A DNA stretch of 20,000 bases from an uncultured virus (IMG/VR IMGVR_UViG_3300042562_001845). Its lineage: Duplodnaviria; Heunggongvirae; Uroviricota; Caudoviricetes. The position numbers and the translations under genes are program-made. The notes under the pieces were generated by a model that saw only the letters and a list, made by a program, of their open reading frames with translations, was not told where the DNA came from and made no database searches. The DNA lies in the IMG/VR virus record IMGVR_UViG_3300042562_001845; one strand, written 5' to 3'. Below, piece after piece: positions 15,884 through 20,000 of the stretch (the first letter of the stretch is position 1; each line of letters starts with the position of its first letter).

Positions 15884-17375
15884 TATCGATAATATTCTCA
15901 TTGATAACTTCTTTTTCAAGAAGACTAATTACGACAGAAGGTCTAATTCCGTATAATTCATAAAACTCTTTTATCTTGTCAATATCATTTTCTATTGAAA
16001 CTAAAATAGATCTGAACGATTTTGACTTATCTCCAATAGAGTCGTCAATTCCAACGATACTTAAAATAGAGTTGTTTATAGTTAAAATCGCTTGTCTTAT
16101 TATATCTATATCAACCTTTTCGAAAGTATTTTCATCTTCATCTTCTTCGTCATTACTAGATCCATCAGAATCCAAAAACTTCTTACCTTTACCCTTCAAC
16201 TGTTTGACCTTTGCTTCTTTTTTAGTGAGCTCTGAACTATTTATGTCCAGAATTTTATTTCTCAATTCTTCGTCTGTCAAAAGCGGAGTAATGTTGATTT
16301 GTGAGTTTTTTAATTTATCAAAATTGAATTTATCAATCAACTCACCATAATAATCGTCACGCTCCAACAACTCATGTTTATCACCATTTTCATCAATGGA
16401 AAATATATTCACTGATCGTCTAATTCTTTTAACGACCGATGTAAAACTCTCTGTCTTTGTTTTATTTTTTTGAGCCTCTTCGACAAGATAGACATCAACA
16501 GAATCTACTCTGTTTGGATCTAAAGACAATGAGATAACATTACCATCTTTTTTCTCAATACCATCATAAGTTAAACCACCGGTAAGTGCTCTTGATATCT
16601 TCTGAATTAAAGATCCGACCGATCCATTATCAAACATCAAAACAACCGCGTCAGTTTCAGATACAGAAAATGATCTAGATCCCATATCTTTTGATATGAC
16701 AACAACACCTTCTTTATTTTCTTCTTTACATCTAATGATGTCAGATTTTACTAAAGACTCTGATATTTTATTTGTTGCATCATCTGCACCAGACAATATT
16801 CTAACAATCATATTATCACCTAAGCATGATTGAAATAGTTCACCTAATTTAGTTAACTCTTTGTTTGTTGGAGTTGCAGCAAAAAATTGAACGACTTTTG
16901 GCTGTCTGTCAATCGCGTTTGAAATAGAAAGTGTATTTAGAATATCGTCTTTTACACCTGCCTTGCCCCAAAGTCCTTTGATAATAGATTTAATAATATT
17001 TTGATTTTTATTTACATCCGAAAGCATTTTTGACCAACCAGTTAAATCTTCATCATCCAATTCTGAATGGATTAGATTTCTGTGTGAATCTGGCAAAACC
17101 AATTTAAAAAAGTTAATACCTGGTGCATACTCTAAAGACTTTTTATATTCATCTTTGGATTCGATATTTTTAAGAAATTCTAATAATCTTTTGTTTTTAA
17201 CCGGATCTAATTCATCTAAATATTCATCAGTCAAGTATTTAGAGTTTCCAGACTTAGTGAGTAGCATCTCAGTGTACGATACACTAATAACATCACTTAT
17301 TTTTTTGTTCATCAATGACTTAGCAGCCTTTTCGATTCCCGTACCAGATGTTACTATTTTTACTAATTTTCCCAT
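15864..17375 (-). CDS. SF2 helicase/translocase C-terminal part (motifs III-VI) of an RM-like enzyme
   Basis: Begins with a motif III-like 'IVTSGT'; later 'SRSFSV..TDAVVLM' (motif V-like) and 'LIQKISRALT' (motif VI-like). No Walker A or B. Confidence 0.65.
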   Translation of the reverse strand: MGKLVKIVTSGTGIEKAAKSLMNKKISDVISVSYTEMLLTKSGNSKYLTDEYLDELDPVKNKRLLEFLKNIESKDEYKKSLEYAPGINFFKLVLPDSHRNLIHSELDDEDLTGWSKMLSDVNKNQNIIKSIIKGLWGKAGVKDDILNTLSISNAIDRQPKVVQFFAATPTNKELTKLGELFQSCLGDNMIVRILSGADDATNKISESLVKSDIIRCKEENKEGVVVISKDMGSRSFSVSETDAVVLMFDNGSVGSLIQKISRALTGGLTYDGIEKKDGNVISLSLDPNRVDSVDVYLVEEAQKNKTKTESFTSVVKRIRRSVNIFSIDENGDKHELLERDDYYGELIDKFNFDKLKNSQINITPLLTDEELRNKILDINSSELTKKEAKVKQLKGKGKKFLDSDGSSNDEEDEDENTFEKVDIDIIRQAILTINNSILSIVGIDDSIGDKSKSFRSILVSIENDIDKIKEFYELYGIRPSVVISLLEKEVINENIIDICLSRF

Positions 17376-17393
17376 AATGTAAATATAATGAAT

Positions 17394-18341
17394 TTATACA
17401 ATATAATCAATAACTTTTTGTGATGATTCCGTCCATGCACCAAAATCTGCTTCATCGACTACAATGAATTTTCGATCACTGGATATTTCTTTGATTGTAT
17501 CAAATTTATTTAATGAATCTTCTCTTGATTGAACTGAAATAAAAATAACCAATTTACTTTTACCTAAATTATTTTTCAGTTTTTCTTCCCAGTCATTATC
17601 CTGCACGGTATCAATAACTTTAAATCCAATAAAGTTAGTCCACTTTCCAATATTTTCATCTTTATACTTTCCTAATATTTCATTTTCGAATGAAGTAAAA
17701 ACACTATGAACATAGGATGGTATAATCATAATATCATTTTCCAATCTTTTGAAAAGTTCTAAATATGTAAGAGTTTTTCCAAAACGTGCACAGAGTTCTG
17801 CAATTATATTCACCGAATATTCTGTTTCTGATTCAATGATATCTAAACATTGTAATATCGCAACCTCTTGTAAAAAATGTGGTTTGAATTCTTTTTTGGA
17901 TATGTATTCATCACCAAGTTTTATTTTGGATATTTTAATGACTTCACTTACATCAACTTGATACCATTCTGTTCCTGCACCATCTTTCCATTGTTTGTCA
18001 CCGAAATACTTATGTAGATATGATTCTAACTCTTTGGCGTTTTTGATAATGCCACGTTCGATATAAGACTTACAATCGATTACGAATAATAGCAAAAGAG
18101 GTTCGGTATCGGTTGAATTTGGTTGTTCATAGATTCGATCCTTTACAGACCTATCATTTATAGAGCCAGTCTCACCAATTTTAATAATAGACTTTTGAGT
18201 ATAATCACTTGGTTTGGTGAATATGTAAATTGAGTTGCTCTTTGAATAGATTTCATCTAGATTTATATCTTTGTGAACCCACAATCTTCGTTCGTCTACG
18301 ATTTGATATTCGGACTTATCAATGGAAAATTCATTAATCAT
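17394..18341 (-). CDS. GIY-YIG/T5orf172-like nuclease domain fused to SF2 helicase N-terminal part (Walker A/B)
   Basis: 'IYIFT...IKIGET...R...ELESYLH...GTEWY', then Walker A 'ARFGKT' and Walker B 'FIVVDEAD'; the ORF ends 16 residues after DEAD. Confidence 0.75.
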   Translation of the reverse strand: MINEFSIDKSEYQIVDERRLWVHKDINLDEIYSKSNSIYIFTKPSDYTQKSIIKIGETGSINDRSVKDRIYEQPNSTDTEPLLLLFVIDCKSYIERGIIKNAKELESYLHKYFGDKQWKDGAGTEWYQVDVSEVIKISKIKLGDEYISKKEFKPHFLQEVAILQCLDIIESETEYSVNIIAELCARFGKTLTYLELFKRLENDIMIIPSYVHSVFTSFENEILGKYKDENIGKWTNFIGFKVIDTVQDNDWEEKLKNNLGKSKLVIFISVQSREDSLNKFDTIKEISSDRKFIVVDEADFGAWTESSQKVIDYIV

Positions 18342-18355
18342 ACTTTCTTTTTTTA

Positions 18356-18363
18356 CAAATATA
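18356..18363 (-). promoter_or_regulatory. Bacteroidota-type -7 element TATATTTG
   Basis: Intergenic, 14 nt upstream of ATG 18341. Confidence 0.6.
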
Positions 18364-18367
18364 AGAA

Positions 18368-18874
18368 TTATTTTAATATATTGTTTATTTTGTGCTCTCT
18401 AATATCAATAAAGTGTTTATTGAACTCGCTTACTGTCGAATAGACTCTACCACCTTTATCATCAAATATAATAGCATCATCTTTACCAAAGAAAGAATCG
18501 TATATGATTACATAGTTGTATTGTATCGTCTCGTAGAAGTCATATCCACCCTTTGCTCTCTGTTCTTCATTTTTGAACCTTTTTATACAAACACATACTC
18601 TAGCATCATATGTCTTTCCACCAGTTGTATATTTCTCAATCTTTACCTTTCTCTTCTTTAATACTTGTATCTTATTAAAGTCAATCAGTCGATGATGTAT
18701 TATCTTTCTTTCCTTTTGAAATTGTTTTACAAAAGACTCGGTATCTAATCCTTTTGATTTTGAAAAATTCTCTGGTGAGAACTTGAAGACTTCTTGTAAT
18801 AGATTATGGTTGCCCTTACGTATCTCTACGGTCTTGAGCATCTCAATCCATTCGTTATAGTCTTCTAAAGTCAT
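18368..18874 (-). CDS. Hypothetical protein
   Basis: 168-aa ORF ending IREHKINNILK. Confidence 0.75.
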   Translation of the reverse strand: MTLEDYNEWIEMLKTVEIRKGNHNLLQEVFKFSPENFSKSKGLDTESFVKQFQKERKIIHHRLIDFNKIQVLKKRKVKIEKYTTGGKTYDARVCVCIKRFKNEEQRAKGGYDFYETIQYNYVIIYDSFFGKDDAIIFDDKGGRVYSTVSEFNKHFIDIREHKINNILK

Positions 18875-18904
18875 AACTTTTATATGTTAAAAAAACTCTT
18901 ATGT

Positions 18905-19429
18905 CTAACATAAGAGCTTTAAAATTTGTTCTTTTATTCCAGATTGCTTGATTCCTTCTTTCATTCTCTTAGTGTGAACAAAAAATTCTAATGCACTAAG
19001 ATCCAAATCGTCAATAGCAACCCATTTCTCTACGTCTGGATGACTCGAAAGCCATTCTGTTATTTCGGCTACTCTCGTACTTTCAAGTTCGTCCATAGAC
19101 TTTAAAACGTGATTTGGAGTAGTTGCAATAGGGGCCTTCAAAACTCCGTACTTGATAAACATATCCTGTAGTTGCTCCAATGTACAATGTAACTTCCAAT
19201 CAGAAGATACTACAATCTCTGCATCAGTCAGCGCCAATATATCATTTAAAACTTTAACTGCCTTAGAGTTGAAGTTATCCATCTTTATATGAGCAGGTAT
19301 CTTTGGATCGTTTACGTATCCAGGATCTCCAGGATTAGAAAGCTTCCATTTCTTAATCTTTTTGTCGCGACCGCCCCACTCTGTGGATAAGCACATTACT
19401 CCATCGTTATCCAAAAATATTACTTTCAT
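18905..19429 (-). CDS. HAD-superfamily phosphatase (HAD_SAK_2 / RNA-repair-associated type)
   Basis: Motif I 'IFLDNDGV', motif II 'IVVSSDW' and motif IV 'WVAIDD'. Confidence 0.85.
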   Translation of the reverse strand: MKVIFLDNDGVMCLSTEWGGRDKKIKKWKLSNPGDPGYVNDPKIPAHIKMDNFNSKAVKVLNDILALTDAEIVVSSDWKLHCTLEQLQDMFIKYGVLKAPIATTPNHVLKSMDELESTRVAEITEWLSSHPDVEKWVAIDDLDLSALEFFVHTKRMKEGIKQSGIKEQILKLLC

Positions 19430-19433
19430 AATA

Positions 19434-19441
19434 CAAATATA
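19434..19441 (-). promoter_or_regulatory. Bacteroidota-type -7 element TATATTTG
   Basis: 4 nt before ATG 19429; a TTG lies 17 nt upstream. Confidence 0.6.
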
Positions 19442-19446
19442 ATAAA

Positions 19447-19599
19447 TTATTTTTTATCCAACAACTTTTTAAGCGATTTGAAAATACTTTTCTTCACTTT
19501 CTTCATTTTCTTTTTATTTCTAATTCTAAGTATGTCGTAACTTGATTCCAAGTTTCCGCTCATCACCGTCTTTGATACTATTTTTTCTTTTAATTCCAT
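19447..19599 (-). CDS. Small Lys-rich hypothetical protein (50 aa, not in ORF track)
   Basis: Manual translation MELKEKIVSKTVMSGNLESSYDILRIRNKKKMKKVKKSIFKSLKKLLDKK; tiles the gap between neighbouring genes. Confidence 0.55.
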   Translation of the reverse strand: MELKEKIVSKTVMSGNLESSYDILRIRNKKKMKKVKKSIFKSLKKLLDKK

Positions 19600-19605
19600 A
19601 TCTTT

Positions 19606-19785
19606 TTATTTTCCTTTTTGATCCATTGAATGTAACACAAAATCATTTTTGTCACAATTCACTATCGGCTTTCCGTCATGTCTGACAGGTATCGCCATTA
19701 TCTCTTTCTTTCCGTTTTCCTTTTCGACAGTATGAAAAAAATATAACTTCCCGTCCTTTCTGTGTTTGTAAATGGTCATTTCCAT
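19606..19785 (-). CDS. Small hypothetical protein (59 aa, not in ORF track), weak DUF1653-like N-terminus
   Basis: Manual translation MEMTIYKHRKDGKLYFFHTVEKENGKKEIMAIPVRHDGKPIVNCDKNDFVLHSMDQKGK. Confidence 0.6.
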   Translation of the reverse strand: MEMTIYKHRKDGKLYFFHTVEKENGKKEIMAIPVRHDGKPIVNCDKNDFVLHSMDQKGK

Positions 19786-19805
19786 AATCCTTATTTTTTA
19801 AAAGT

Positions 19806-19836
19806 AAAAAAACCCAGCCTTAAAAAGACTGGGTTT
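19806..19836 (-). terminator. Intrinsic terminator
   Basis: On the - strand, cccagtct-loop-aggctggg (one G-U pair) followed by T7. Confidence 0.8.
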
Positions 19837-19935
19837 CAATATCGTCAAATACAATATCATAAACTCAGTCGTTGACTGTCTTGTTCAAGTAAAATCATTC
19901 TATTGTTAAATTCTCTCATTACTTTATTTCTTTTA

Positions 19936-19966
19936 CAAAGATATATATTATTTTTCAATAAACAAA
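19936..19966 (-). promoter_or_regulatory. Bacteroidota-type promoter TTTG-N19-TATCTTTG, overlapping TAATATATA
   Basis: -7 element at 19936-19943 and -33 at 19963-19966; TAATATATA at 19942-19950. Confidence 0.7.
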
Positions 19967-19992
19967 AAAACCCTCTCTAAAAGAAAGGGTTT
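19964..19992 (-). terminator. Intrinsic terminator for a gene beyond the window
   Basis: On the - strand, ccctttct-ttt-agagaggg followed by T7. Confidence 0.7.
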
Positions 19993-20000
19993 GGGCCAAA

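Noticed and set aside
17900..18341. Free-standing homing endonuclease or intron/intein
   Set aside because: The GIY-YIG-like domain is fused in frame to helicase motifs. No intein termini were seen, and the 18-nt gap is too short for a self-splicing intron.
1..20000. Alternative genetic code (TAG/TGA recoding)
   Set aside because: Genes tile densely under code 11, and TAG and TGA act as true stops (e.g. 5990, 12359, 13160, and the ATGA overlap at 5700). The only suspicious in-frame stop is a TAA.

Overview
AT-rich, gene-dense 20 kb segment that reads as part of a large (possibly jumbo) tailed phage infecting a Bacteroidota host, using standard code 11. The host inference rests on recurring TAnnTTTG (-7) and TTTG (-33) promoter elements, no obvious Shine-Dalgarno sequences, and a signal-peptide protein resembling a T9SS C-terminal sorting domain. 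Three long + strand genes look virion-associated: a 5'-truncated LamG-PKD-DUF285/BspA-repeat adhesin, a 594-aa protein and a 748-aa neck-like protein. The - strand carries accessory genes: ParB-like, cyclic-phosphate receiver, UVR-motif, M28-like peptidase, glycosyltransferase, RHH, GNAT, DnaQ-like exonuclease and HAD phosphatase. The most unusual locus is a restriction-modification-like cassette (13.8-18.4 kb). It has a GIY-YIG/T5orf172-like nuclease-helicase split in frame between motifs II and III, and an amino-methyltransferase with a duplicated degenerate N-terminal half. A small ORF nearby carries three tandem copies of the MTase catalytic motif GNPPF. All family calls come from motif recognition by eye, with no database searches.
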